DNA of 58,346 bases, from assembly GCA_031416315.1 (NCBI GenBank), contig JANOTL010000002.1, positions 1 through 58,346 on the forward strand, written 5' to 3'. This stretch comes from Pseudomonadota bacterium. Lineage in GTDB: Bacteria > Bdellovibrionota_B > Oligoflexia > Oligoflexales > CAIYRB01. Shown piece by piece: positions 28,211-37,269 of the stretch. Every line of letters begins with the position of its first letter. The first letter of the stretch is position 1. The position numbers and the translations under genes were made by a program. The notes beneath the pieces were generated by a model that saw only the letters and a program-made list of their open reading frames with translations, did not search any database and had not been told where the DNA came from.

Positions 28211-28428
28211 GTGGGTGGTGGAGGGTTACGGTCAGGTGAGGGTAAACGGGCTAGGCGTAGGTGAGGGCGCACGCGCAAGTTCAGGCGATAGGTCGAGGTC
28301 AACGGCTAGGGCCACGTCGAGGTAAGCGTGGACCTCGCCCTGTACTTATCGCTTGTTCGTGCGCCTGCGCCCTCACCTCCGCTTAGCCCGTTTACCCTCA
28401 CCCGACCGTATCCCTCCACCACTTCCAC
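28211..28428. repeat. Long imperfect inverted repeat (arms about 75 bp)
   Basis: Left arm GTGGTGGAGGGTTACGGTCAGGTGAGGGTAAACGGGCTAGGCG pairs with right arm CGCTTAGCCCGTTTACCCTCACCCGACCGTATCCCTCCACCAC. Confidence 0.85.
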
Positions 28429-28505
28429 AAATACGCCCCCTTACCCTCCTTTACCCGTTCCGACCGAAATGCTAACGTCCCCTATTCACTGGAGACCGAC
28501 ATCCC

Positions 28506-29258
28506 ATGACCACCGACCCCAAAGGCCCGCAAAAGGTCGCCCTCGTCACTGGTGCGTCCCGCGGCATCGGCGCCGCCTGCGCCCTCGCTCTGGGCAAGGC
28601 TGGCTTCAAGGTGGCGGTCCACTACCGCAGCGGCGAAGAGCAGGCGCACGCGATCTGCGCGCAGCTTCCCGACGGCTCCGCGAAGGCTTTTGGCGCCGAT
28701 CTGTCGGAGGCCGGCGCCTGCGAGAAGCTCATCAAGACGGTGAAGGAGGAGATGGGCGGGCTCGACGTCTTGGTCAACAATGCCGGCATCGCCATCGACC
28801 AGGTCTTGGCGTTCGCCAAAGAGACCGACTTCGACAAGCTCCTCTCGACCAATCTGAAGCCCGTCTTCCTGCTCTCGAAGCACGGCGCGAAAGCGATGCT
28901 GCGGCAGCGCTCGGGACGCATCATCAACCTCGCCTCGGTCGTCGGGTTCACCGGCAACGCCGGGCAGAGCATGTACGTCGCCACCAAGTCGGCGATCGTC
29001 GGCTTCACCAAGAGTATCGCGCTCGAGCTCGCGGGCGCTGGAATCCTCGCCAACTGCGTGGCGCCGGGCTTCATCGAGACCGACATGACCTCCGGCCTGT
29101 CCGACGAGGTCAAGGCGGCGATCCTCGCGAAAGTGCCGCTGAAGCGGCTCGGCTCGCCCGAAGACGTCGCCAATGCCGTCGCGTTCCTCGCCTCCGACAA
29201 GGCGAGCTACATCACGGGCGCGACGCTGCACGTCAACGGCGGCATGTTCACGAACTAA
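28506..29258 (+). CDS. fabG: 3-oxoacyl-ACP reductase
   Basis: TGASRGIG, NNAG, SVVG..GNAGQSMYVATK, VAPGFIETDMT, VNGG. Confidence 0.92.
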   Translation: MTTDPKGPQKVALVTGASRGIGAACALALGKAGFKVAVHYRSGEEQAHAICAQLPDGSAKAFGADLSEAGACEKLIKTVKEEMGGLDVLVNNAGIAIDQVLAFAKETDFDKLLSTNLKPVFLLSKHGAKAMLRQRSGRIINLASVVGFTGNAGQSMYVATKSAIVGFTKSIALELAGAGILANCVAPGFIETDMTSGLSDEVKAAILAKVPLKRLGSPEDVANAVAFLASDKASYITGATLHVNGGMFTN

Positions 29259-29273
29259 GGATCGGAGCTTTCT

Positions 29274-30305
29274 TTGACTTCCGCGACCGCGACCGCGAAG
29301 CGCATCGTCCTCACCGGCATCGGCCACTGGTTTCCCGAGAACGTGCTCGACAACCAGTTCTTCGATTCCCTGGACATCGGCTCGTCGGCGCAGTGGATCG
29401 ACGAGCGCGTCGGCATCAAGGAGCGCCGGTCGGTTCTGCCGCGCGAAGAGATCATGCGGCTGCGCCGCGGCGAGGTGAGCCGCGCCGAGCTCGTCGAGGC
29501 CGGCAAGGTCATGACCATGGCCAAGATGTCGGCCGAGCCCTGGAAGATGGCGCTGCAACGCGCGAAGGCCCAAGAGCGCGGCGTGCGCGTCGACCAGGTC
29601 ATCGCCGGCACCTCCGTCCCCGACTGGGACATCCCGGCCAACGCTTGCATGGTCGCCGGCGAGCTCGGCATCGAAGCACCGGCCTTCGACGTCAACTCCG
29701 CCTGCTCCACCTTCGTCGTCAACCTGCACGTCGCCCGCGGTCTCATGCTCTCCGGCGCCGCGACCACGGTCGGCATCTTCAACGCCGAGCGCTATACGAC
29801 GCGCGTCGATTATCGCGACCGCTCGACCTGCGTCCTCTTCGGCGACAGCGCCGCGTCGAGCCTGCTCGAGTCGGGGCCCGACGCGCAAGGCCTCGAGCTG
29901 ATCGACACCATCGTGCACTCCAGCCCGGCCGGCTATCAGCACGTGCGGCTACCCGACGGCGGCGTCTTCGCGCAGAACGGCGCCGCCGTGCAGAAGTTCG
30001 CCGTGACCAAGACGGTCGCCGTCACCCTCGAAATCCTCGCGAAGAACAAGATCGACCGCGAGGACGTCGGCGTCTTCATCGGCCATCAGGCGAACTTCCG
30101 CATGCTGGCGAGCTGCATCGAGCGCAACGGCCTCACCGACCGCGAGCACCGCTACAACGTCGACACCAAAGGCAATCAGGGCGCCACCGGCGCGCCGACC
30201 GTGCTCTCGACCCATTGGGACGAGTATAAGCAGGGCCAGTACGTCGTCGTCGCCGTCGTCGGATCCGGATTGACCTGGGGCGCGGCGCTCTTTCGTCGCA
30301 CCTGA
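29274..30305 (+). CDS. fabH: 3-oxoacyl-ACP synthase III family
   Basis: GIKERR; Cys-His-Asn triad in SACS, HQAN and GNQG; LFGD; VGSGLTWG. Confidence 0.85.
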   Translation: MTSATATAKRIVLTGIGHWFPENVLDNQFFDSLDIGSSAQWIDERVGIKERRSVLPREEIMRLRRGEVSRAELVEAGKVMTMAKMSAEPWKMALQRAKAQERGVRVDQVIAGTSVPDWDIPANACMVAGELGIEAPAFDVNSACSTFVVNLHVARGLMLSGAATTVGIFNAERYTTRVDYRDRSTCVLFGDSAASSLLESGPDAQGLELIDTIVHSSPAGYQHVRLPDGGVFAQNGAAVQKFAVTKTVAVTLEILAKNKIDREDVGVFIGHQANFRMLASCIERNGLTDREHRYNVDTKGNQGATGAPTVLSTHWDEYKQGQYVVVAVVGSGLTWGAALFRRT

Positions 30306-30324
30306 TCGGGCGCCGTTCTCGCAA

Positions 30325-31614
30325 TCAGCTCGGATCCCGCACGACGCCCTGGAACAAGACGAGTCGACTCAGCTCGTCGACGACGAGAAACGCGAACGGG
30401 TGGTCGACCTTGAACTCGACGGGCGCGGTCGGCTTCGGCGGCGCCCCGCCCGCGGCCATCCCGACCGCCGTTGCCGCCGCTCCCTCGATTCCCGCTTCGT
30501 CCATCGCGACGTAGGCCTTGTGCGCCACCGTCCCGATAAAGAGCCGGTCCTGGCCCTGGTCGATCCCGGAGAAGTCGGCCTTCTTCGCGTCGAACGCCGC
30601 CTTGATCCCCATTCCGGCCAGGACGCTGCGCAGGTCGAAGCTCGACTGGGCCTTGAAGCGCGGCAGGGACAGGTCGACCGTCCGCGGCGCGAGCGCGGCG
30701 AGGACGTTGTCGATCTCGGCGCCGTCGAGGGCTTCGATCATCGCGTCGAGGCCGTCGACTTTCTCCGGCAGGAGGATCAGGACGCGGGCCATGCCGTCGT
30801 CCAAGCGCATCCCGACGGCGCGGTAGCCTTCTTTCTTCCGCTCGGCAAAGGTGAAATCGAGCGGCAGGCCGCGCACGGCCATCGTCGGCACCTGCACCGT
30901 TTTCTTCAGATCGGTCTTGAACGCTTTGACCTTGGTATCAGCTTTCGCGAAGGCTTGCGCCCACTGGCCCTTCAAGTACAGCGCATTCACTAAGATGAGC
31001 CGCGTGTCTGCGGTCACGGCCCGCGGCGCAAGAAGGTCGGTGATCTTGCGCATGGTCATGCGCGCGACCCAGTCGTTGATCTCTTTGCGCGCCGCCTCGG
31101 CGGCCTTCGCGAAGTCGACCTCGCCGACGGTGGCGTCGTAATTGTCACGCATCGTCTTGGCGTACTCGGGGACGATCTTTTTGCCCTTCTGCAGGAAGAG
31201 GCGGTTCGCAAGGCCAACGAGCGTGCCGCGCGGACGCGGGCAGCCGATACGGCGGATGAGCTGCTCCTCCAGCATGAGCGTCGTCCCGGTGGGGACGCCG
31301 CCGCGGCCGAGCCCTTCGGCGAGCTCGCTCGCGGTGGTCCCGCGGGCGCCGACCATCGCGAGCGCGAGCGCGGCCGAGACGCTATAGGGCGAAAAAACGA
31401 CGCTCTTCTCGTCGGCGTCGCTGCCGACCGCCTGCATCAGGCGGGCGCCGAAGCCCATCGTCGGCTGGCCGAGCTCGCGACGGACCTTGTCCCAGTCGGC
31501 CGCGGCGAGCTTGCGCTTGCAGAATTCCGACTGGAAGAGCTCCTGCGCCGCCGCCGGGCGCCCGACGACCAGGACGGCGAGCGACGCGGCGAGCATGAGG
31601 GTCAAGGCGCGCAC
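30325..31614 (-). CDS. Secreted serpin
   Basis: FSPYS, NALYLKGQW, LPRF, hinge DEAGIEGAAAT, VDHPF; GTG start with GGAGG. Confidence 0.93.
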   Translation of the reverse strand: MRALTLMLAASLAVLVVGRPAAAQELFQSEFCKRKLAAADWDKVRRELGQPTMGFGARLMQAVGSDADEKSVVFSPYSVSAALALAMVGARGTTASELAEGLGRGGVPTGTTLMLEEQLIRRIGCPRPRGTLVGLANRLFLQKGKKIVPEYAKTMRDNYDATVGEVDFAKAAEAARKEINDWVARMTMRKITDLLAPRAVTADTRLILVNALYLKGQWAQAFAKADTKVKAFKTDLKKTVQVPTMAVRGLPLDFTFAERKKEGYRAVGMRLDDGMARVLILLPEKVDGLDAMIEALDGAEIDNVLAALAPRTVDLSLPRFKAQSSFDLRSVLAGMGIKAAFDAKKADFSGIDQGQDRLFIGTVAHKAYVAMDEAGIEGAAATAVGMAAGGAPPKPTAPVEFKVDHPFAFLVVDELSRLVLFQGVVRDPS

Positions 31615-31701
31615 CGTGGAGGCCTCCGGAATGGGGGATTGCCGCAAGCGTATCACAACGGTCCACAGGCTTGCTCCGCCTCCGCCGACGGGTTATGCAA
31701 G

Positions 31702-31803
31702 AGACGCTCACGCTCAGGGAACCCGGTGTAAATCCGGGACTGCCCCGCAACGGTAAGCGCGCGGTCCCGGCCGCGCGCGAGTCCGAAAATCTGACGTGGG
31801 TCC
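31702..31803 (+). ncRNA. Cobalamin riboswitch
   Basis: AGGGAA-CCCGGTGTAAATCCGGG-ACTGCCCCGCAACGGT...GAGTCCGAAAATCTG core; sits upstream of a lipoprotein and a TonB-dependent receptor. Confidence 0.9.
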
Positions 31804-31861
31804 GTCGCCCTACGCGGCGGAACTCGAACCAGGCTTCGCGGGAAGCCTATGGGAACGGATC

Positions 31862-33073
31862 ATGATGTTTCAGCAAGTCACGCGTCTTTCATTGGCGGCA
31901 GCGCTCCTCTCCGGCTGCGGCGGCAGCAGCACCGAAGACGACCACACGGTCACCTCAGTGGACGCGGGCAGCGTCCACGCCGGCCTCGCCTTCACGGTGA
32001 CCGACTACACTTCGTCGGCCTTGTATTATTACGACTTCGCGACCGGGGCCGTGGACGCGCGCCTGACGGGGCAGTCCGGCGACCCCTGGGTCAAATGGCT
32101 CGACGGCAAGCTCTTCTTCTTCAACCGGAAGACGGACAACCTCAACGTCCGCACGCTGGACCCGCGGAAAACGCCAGAGGTCGCGCCGCCGACGGCGCAG
32201 GTGTCGACCGGGGGCGCGGGTGGCGGCGATCCGCACGATGCGCAGGCGCTCGGCGACGGCAAGGTCCTCCTCGCGCAGTACAACGTCGGCGCGCTCGTCG
32301 TGATCGACGGCGCCTCGGGCGTCGCGACGCAGACGCTCGACAGCACGACGCTCGACTTCGGCGAGAAGGCGGGCGCGGACACGCAGTTCCGTCCGGAGTC
32401 CATCCTGAGCGGCAATCCGAACGAGATCTGGGTGCTGCATCAAGGCCGCGACAAGAATTTCAAGGCGGACGGAACGCAGCGCCTTTTCAAGCTCGCGTAC
32501 GCTGGCGGCGTGCTCACGGCCGTCGACCTTGATCCGGCAAAGGAGAAGGTGCAGGGCATCCCGCTTCTCGTCGGCAACGCCTCGACCTTGGCGTTCGCGG
32601 GCGAAGGCGATCCGAAGATCAACGTCGGCGGCCTTTGCTCGGTCTATGACGGCGACGCTTGCGCAACCACCTCCAGCGGCGTCGAGCAGGTGGATCCGAC
32701 GGCGAAGACGTCGCGCATGGTGCTCGACCTGTCGAAGACCGCGCATCGCGGCAACGGGCCTTTCGTCGATGCGCAGTTCGGCGTCTTTCTCGCGATGGCG
32801 GCGACTTCGGGAGCGACCGGACAGCCGGAGAAGAAGTACGTCCTGCGCCTCGACGTGGCGACGGCGGCGGTGGAGGAGGCGCACGTCTTCCCCGCGGACA
32901 GCGCTGGCTGCTGCGCGCTCTTCGCGGACAAGAACAGCCCCCGCTTCTACGTCGGCGACGCGGCGGCAGGCGGCCGCGGGAAGCTCACGACCTACATCGG
33001 ATGGCCCGCGCCCCAGGCGACGACCGTGGATCTCGCAGGCGCGCCGTATACCGGTTGGCTGGTTCCGAAGTGA
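31862..33073 (+). CDS. Putative B12-associated beta-propeller lipoprotein
   Basis: Lipobox LSGC, beta-rich repeats, first gene after the riboswitch. Confidence 0.75.
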   Translation: MMFQQVTRLSLAAALLSGCGGSSTEDDHTVTSVDAGSVHAGLAFTVTDYTSSALYYYDFATGAVDARLTGQSGDPWVKWLDGKLFFFNRKTDNLNVRTLDPRKTPEVAPPTAQVSTGGAGGGDPHDAQALGDGKVLLAQYNVGALVVIDGASGVATQTLDSTTLDFGEKAGADTQFRPESILSGNPNEIWVLHQGRDKNFKADGTQRLFKLAYAGGVLTAVDLDPAKEKVQGIPLLVGNASTLAFAGEGDPKINVGGLCSVYDGDACATTSSGVEQVDPTAKTSRMVLDLSKTAHRGNGPFVDAQFGVFLAMAATSGATGQPEKKYVLRLDVATAAVEEAHVFPADSAGCCALFADKNSPRFYVGDAAAGGRGKLTTYIGWPAPQATTVDLAGAPYTGWLVPK

Positions 33074-35130
33074 GGAAAGGTCTCGCCGCCGCCTTGGTGG
33101 CGGTGGCGGCGGGAGCGTTCGCAGCTCGTGCGCTCGCGGCGGACGTAACTGGGCCCGCTGCCGCGATTTCTCCCGCCTCCCCCATCATCGACGTATACGG
33201 CTACCGCCGCGAGCGGGTCGCCCCAGAGCGCCCGGGACAGTCCGTCACCATCCGCCCCGAAGACCCCTCGCGTTTCGACACCACTGCGCAGCTCACCCGC
33301 GACAGCGCGCTCGCGGTCCCTGAGACCGGCCGCATCACCGCCGGCGGCTTCGCTCTGCCGCGCATCCGCGGCCAGGATCTGCGCCTGACCGAGATTTGGG
33401 TCGAGGATTTCCAGCTCGCCGATCCGTTCACCGGCCTTCCCCTCGTCGACGAGCTCGACTTGCGCGCCTTCGGCGAGCTCTCCCTTCATCAAGGCGTCAC
33501 GCCGCCCGAGCTCGCCACCGTCAGCCCCGCCGGCGTCGTCCAATACCGCCTTCGCCCTGTCTCCGCCTCCAGGCTCACGCTTGGCTCGGCCTTCGGCAAG
33601 CCCTTCGGCCACTCGCTCTACATTCTAGGCGAGTCCCTGCAGCGCGGCGTCGCACCGGAGCGCCCGCATGACCAGCAAGTCTTCTCCGCCCGCGCTTACG
33701 CACGCCAGCACCGCACGGACGGACGCTACTCTTACTATGACGACGCTGCGACGCCGTATGCGTCCGGAGACGACCGTACCTTGACTCGCGAGTCCAACGA
33801 CCGCCTCTCCCGCGCCGCCCTGCCCGCCGTCCGCTATGCCGCCGGCGCCGACGAGGTGCGCGCCATGGCCCTTTGGCAAGACGCCGGCGGCGGCCTTCCC
33901 GCGCCGTCCTCCCGCGTGCCGAGCCGCGCCGAGCAGAAGGCCACGGCCAACTTCGCCTCGTTGCGCTGGCGTCGCGCCTTCGCGACCGACTCTGCCGAGC
34001 TCGCCTTGACCACCGGCGAGGACCAGCGCCGCGCGACGGATCTCGACGGCAGCGTCCTCGGCGAGCGCGGCGAGCACCGCGTCAAAGTCGAGACGCGTCG
34101 CGTCGCGGCGCGCGGAAGGTGGCATCGCGACCGCCACGACACGTATCTCGACGTCGAGGGGGCCCGCGCCCGAGTCAAGACGCGCGGCAGCGGCGACGAC
34201 TTGGGCGCGCTGGAGCGCCGCAGCGAGCGCGTCTACGTAGGCAGCGCCGTTCAGCTGCCTTTTTCGCTTCTAGTTGAGGCGAAAGCCGAGGCTCGCCGCC
34301 TCGTCGATCGCCGCACCGCCAACGGCACCGCGCCATTGAAATCGATCGACGCCGTCGACGCACGCGAGCGGCATCGCACGCGCGACGCCTTCGGCGGGAG
34401 CCTTGCCCTCGGATGGCTGGGCGGCGCGTTCGCGCCCTACGCGCAAGCCGCCGCCCTCGATCGTCCCCCGACCCTCTTGGAGGAGTACGGTGACGGCAGC
34501 GGCGTACGCGCCAGCCCAGGAATCGCCGCGGAAAAAGCGCGCCATCTGGAGATCGGCCTGCGCGCAGGCGGCCTGACCGCCGCCATTTTCCTCGACACGA
34601 CCACGGACCGGATCGTGCTCATCCCCTCGCTCGGCCAAACCGTGCGCGCGCAGAACGTCGGCGTCGCGCGCGTCCGGGGCGGTACCGTCGCCTACGAAGG
34701 CCGCTTCGGGCGCACCGAGCCGTTCGTCGGCGGCACCCTCCTCGAGCCACTCGACCGCACGCTTCCCGACCGCCCGCGCGTCCTTCCCGGAGTGGCCGAG
34801 AAACAGGCCGCCCTCGGCGTCGCGCAAGGCGCCGGCAAGGCGACCGTCCGGTGGACGAGCCGCTACCGCAGTCGCGTGTTCCGGGACGCGCGCAACGAGA
34901 TCGAGACGCCAGCGTCTTGGCAGCACGATCTCGCGGTCGACGCCTCGACCGCGGTCGCGCACGTGACGCTGCGTTACGGCCTGCTCGTCGCGAATCTGAC
35001 AAACGTCACCAGCGCGAAGGTTGCGGCGCGCGGCGAGCACCAGGACGAGGGTGTGACGGGCGTCGCGGATTATGCGGGAGCACCTTTGCCGGGGCGGCAG
35101 GTGAAGTTGTGGGTCGAGGCGGAGTTGTAG
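33070..35130 (+). CDS. btuB: TonB-dependent receptor, probable cobalamin transporter
   Basis: Plug motif IRGQD, barrel strands, NLTN...PLPGR C-terminus; under riboswitch control; GTGA overlap. Confidence 0.8.
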   Translation: MRKGLAAALVAVAAGAFAARALAADVTGPAAAISPASPIIDVYGYRRERVAPERPGQSVTIRPEDPSRFDTTAQLTRDSALAVPETGRITAGGFALPRIRGQDLRLTEIWVEDFQLADPFTGLPLVDELDLRAFGELSLHQGVTPPELATVSPAGVVQYRLRPVSASRLTLGSAFGKPFGHSLYILGESLQRGVAPERPHDQQVFSARAYARQHRTDGRYSYYDDAATPYASGDDRTLTRESNDRLSRAALPAVRYAAGADEVRAMALWQDAGGGLPAPSSRVPSRAEQKATANFASLRWRRAFATDSAELALTTGEDQRRATDLDGSVLGERGEHRVKVETRRVAARGRWHRDRHDTYLDVEGARARVKTRGSGDDLGALERRSERVYVGSAVQLPFSLLVEAKAEARRLVDRRTANGTAPLKSIDAVDARERHRTRDAFGGSLALGWLGGAFAPYAQAAALDRPPTLLEEYGDGSGVRASPGIAAEKARHLEIGLRAGGLTAAIFLDTTTDRIVLIPSLGQTVRAQNVGVARVRGGTVAYEGRFGRTEPFVGGTLLEPLDRTLPDRPRVLPGVAEKQAALGVAQGAGKATVRWTSRYRSRVFRDARNEIETPASWQHDLAVDASTAVAHVTLRYGLLVANLTNVTSAKVAARGEHQDEGVTGVADYAGAPLPGRQVKLWVEAEL

Positions 35131-35138
35131 GGACGACG

Positions 35139-35170
35139 TCGGACGATCGCACGGCGAGGAGATCGTCCGA
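35139..35170. repeat. Intergenic inverted repeat TCGGACGATC...GATCGTCCGA
   Basis: Perfect 10-bp arms just after the receptor stop; no U-tract. Confidence 0.55.
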
Positions 35171-35350
35171 GAACGGTGACGCCAAATACACCCGAGAAAC
35201 TCGCATAACTCATTGAAATAACAAAGATCGTCGCCGCGTTTAACCCTCCCCCCCTAATCCCGCCCCCGCGCCCGTCCGATGCCTCCCCCGGAGGCCCGCG
35301 ACATCACGACGAAGATTCCCAGCTTTTACCGGCTCGCAAAGCGCTCGACC

Positions 35351-36145
35351 ATGCTCGCCGCTCTGCTCTCCGCGGCGTTCGCCGCGAGCAGCTGCGAGAA
35401 GAAGCCGAAGCGCCTGAAGGCGAAGGGCCCGTCCGCAACCTCGTCCACTTCCGCGCCCGTGCCTGGCCGCATTCGCTGGAAGGGCGTCCTCATGACCGGT
35501 GACGACGCGATCGTCGCGTTCGACAACGCACGGCGGCGTCTAAAGAAGCTCTGGATCTCGCGCGGAGTCCGGAGCGAAGACATCCGCGAGCTCTCGCGCG
35601 CCTCGGAGAAGCTCGACGAGGACGACGTCGAGCTCGCGAGCGCCGACGCGCTGGCCGAGGCCTTGAAGAGCCTTGCGGTCAAAAAGGGCGAAGGCTGCCT
35701 CGTGCACCTCACGTCCCACGGCAGCCCTTGGGGCTTCTACCTCCGCGACCAGCCGCTTCTGACGCCGTCGCAGCTGGACGAGATGCTCACCGCGAGCTGC
35801 GGCAACCAGCCTACGGTCATCTTCGTCTCCGCCTGCTATTCCGGGGTTTTCACCGGCAACGTCCTGAAGCGAAAGAACCGCGTTCTGCTCACAGCGGCGC
35901 GCGACGACCGCAACTCCTTCGGCTGCGGCGTCGAGGACGTCTTCACGTTCTGGGACGGCTGCGTCATTCAGCACCTCGCGAGCGCCCAAACGCCACGCGA
36001 GCTCGGCGCCAAGGTCCAAGCCTGCATCCGCGAGAAGGAGCGCGCGACGAAGCTGCGTTTCTCCTTTCCGCAGATCTTCGTCGGCAAGGACATGGAGAAG
36101 CTCACGCTCTTCGCGCCGGCCATCGCGGCAAAGGCAGAGGAATGA
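35351..36145 (+). CDS. Peptidase C13 family (caspase/legumain-like) lipoprotein
   Basis: HLTSHG and VSACYSG His/Cys dyad, TAARDDRNSFGC. Alternative start at 35279. Confidence 0.85.
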   Translation: MLAALLSAAFAASSCEKKPKRLKAKGPSATSSTSAPVPGRIRWKGVLMTGDDAIVAFDNARRRLKKLWISRGVRSEDIRELSRASEKLDEDDVELASADALAEALKSLAVKKGEGCLVHLTSHGSPWGFYLRDQPLLTPSQLDEMLTASCGNQPTVIFVSACYSGVFTGNVLKRKNRVLLTAARDDRNSFGCGVEDVFTFWDGCVIQHLASAQTPRELGAKVQACIREKERATKLRFSFPQIFVGKDMEKLTLFAPAIAAKAEE

Positions 36146-37266
36146 GACGGAAGCTCCTCATCGCCGTCGTCCTCGCGAGCCTGTCCCTCGTGGCGCGCGC
36201 CATGCCGCCCTCGCCGCCGGAGCCGCCTCTCTTCACGGCCATCGCCAAGGGCGATCTAAAGTCAGTCAAAAAGCTCCTGAAGGACGGCGAGGCGCCCGAC
36301 GTGCGCGATCCGACCGGCCGCACCGGGCTCGTGCGCGCGGCCGCAGAGAAACAGGACGCGCTCGTGCAATACTTCATCGGACGCAGCGCCGACCTCGACG
36401 CCCGCGATCTGTACGGGAACACCGCGCTGCACTACACGGCGCTCACGGGCAGCGACGCGGCGACGAAATCCTTGCTGAAAGCGGGCGCCTCGCCACGCGT
36501 GTGGAACCGTCGTTGCGAGTCGCCGCTCGACGTCGCCTCGGCCTTCGGCTACTCCCCCTTGTTTAAGACCCTCGTCGGCAAGGCGAAAGCCTTGCCCTTG
36601 CCTTCGGACGGCACCGAGGAGGAGTGCGCGCTCAATCCGACGAAGGCCAAAGCGCCGAGCTACGCGGCGGCATTCCAGACTTTCTTCGCGCGGCAGCTTA
36701 GCATCGAGGCCGAGGGCGACTACGTCTATGCCACGGGCGCGCTGGCGCGGCTCCAAAAGGATCCGCGCGCGGTCGTTCAAGCGGAGATGCTCGTGCCCGC
36801 GCTCGCCGGGCTCGTGGCGCATCGAAGCCCAGAGACCGCCGTCCAGGCGCCCGCAGACGATCAAACGCTGCGTCTAAGCGCGGTGAAAGTGCTGAGCAAG
36901 CTGACCGCGCGCTCGAAGCCCGCGAAAGCCGCTGCCACCAAGGCCATGCTGAAGCTGGTCGAAGGCGGCGGGTGCAGCGCCTACAAGCAGCGGACGTGCA
37001 CGGAGCGGCGGCTCGAGGCGTGCGAGGCGGAAACGGCGGCGTACGAGTTGCCGCGCGACGCGAAGACAGAGGCGTGCTTCAACTGCCGCTACTGCGAGAG
37101 AACGACCGTGGGCCACGGCTTCGCGGCGGCGCTCGAGTGGTTCAAGAAGGAGAAGGAAGGGCGAGCGGAGGCTGGGAAGGCGTTAGAGAGGTTGAAGGCG
37201 AAAAAGTTGATTCCGGCTGGGGAATATCGGCGGTTGATGAAGAAGATTGGGGTGGCGGCGCGGTAA
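36142..37266 (+). CDS. Secreted ankyrin-repeat protein
   Basis: Signal peptide; GRTGL..AA, GNTALHY and ESPLDVA ankyrin repeats; ATGA overlap. Confidence 0.85.
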   Translation: MRRKLLIAVVLASLSLVARAMPPSPPEPPLFTAIAKGDLKSVKKLLKDGEAPDVRDPTGRTGLVRAAAEKQDALVQYFIGRSADLDARDLYGNTALHYTALTGSDAATKSLLKAGASPRVWNRRCESPLDVASAFGYSPLFKTLVGKAKALPLPSDGTEEECALNPTKAKAPSYAAAFQTFFARQLSIEAEGDYVYATGALARLQKDPRAVVQAEMLVPALAGLVAHRSPETAVQAPADDQTLRLSAVKVLSKLTARSKPAKAAATKAMLKLVEGGGCSAYKQRTCTERRLEACEAETAAYELPRDAKTEACFNCRYCERTTVGHGFAAALEWFKKEKEGRAEAGKALERLKAKKLIPAGEYRRLMKKIGVAAR

Positions 37267-37269
37267 GCT

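Noticed and set aside
28328..30229. 633-aa ORF starting inside the palindrome
   Set aside because: Pro/Arg-rich alternate frame over fabG-fabH.
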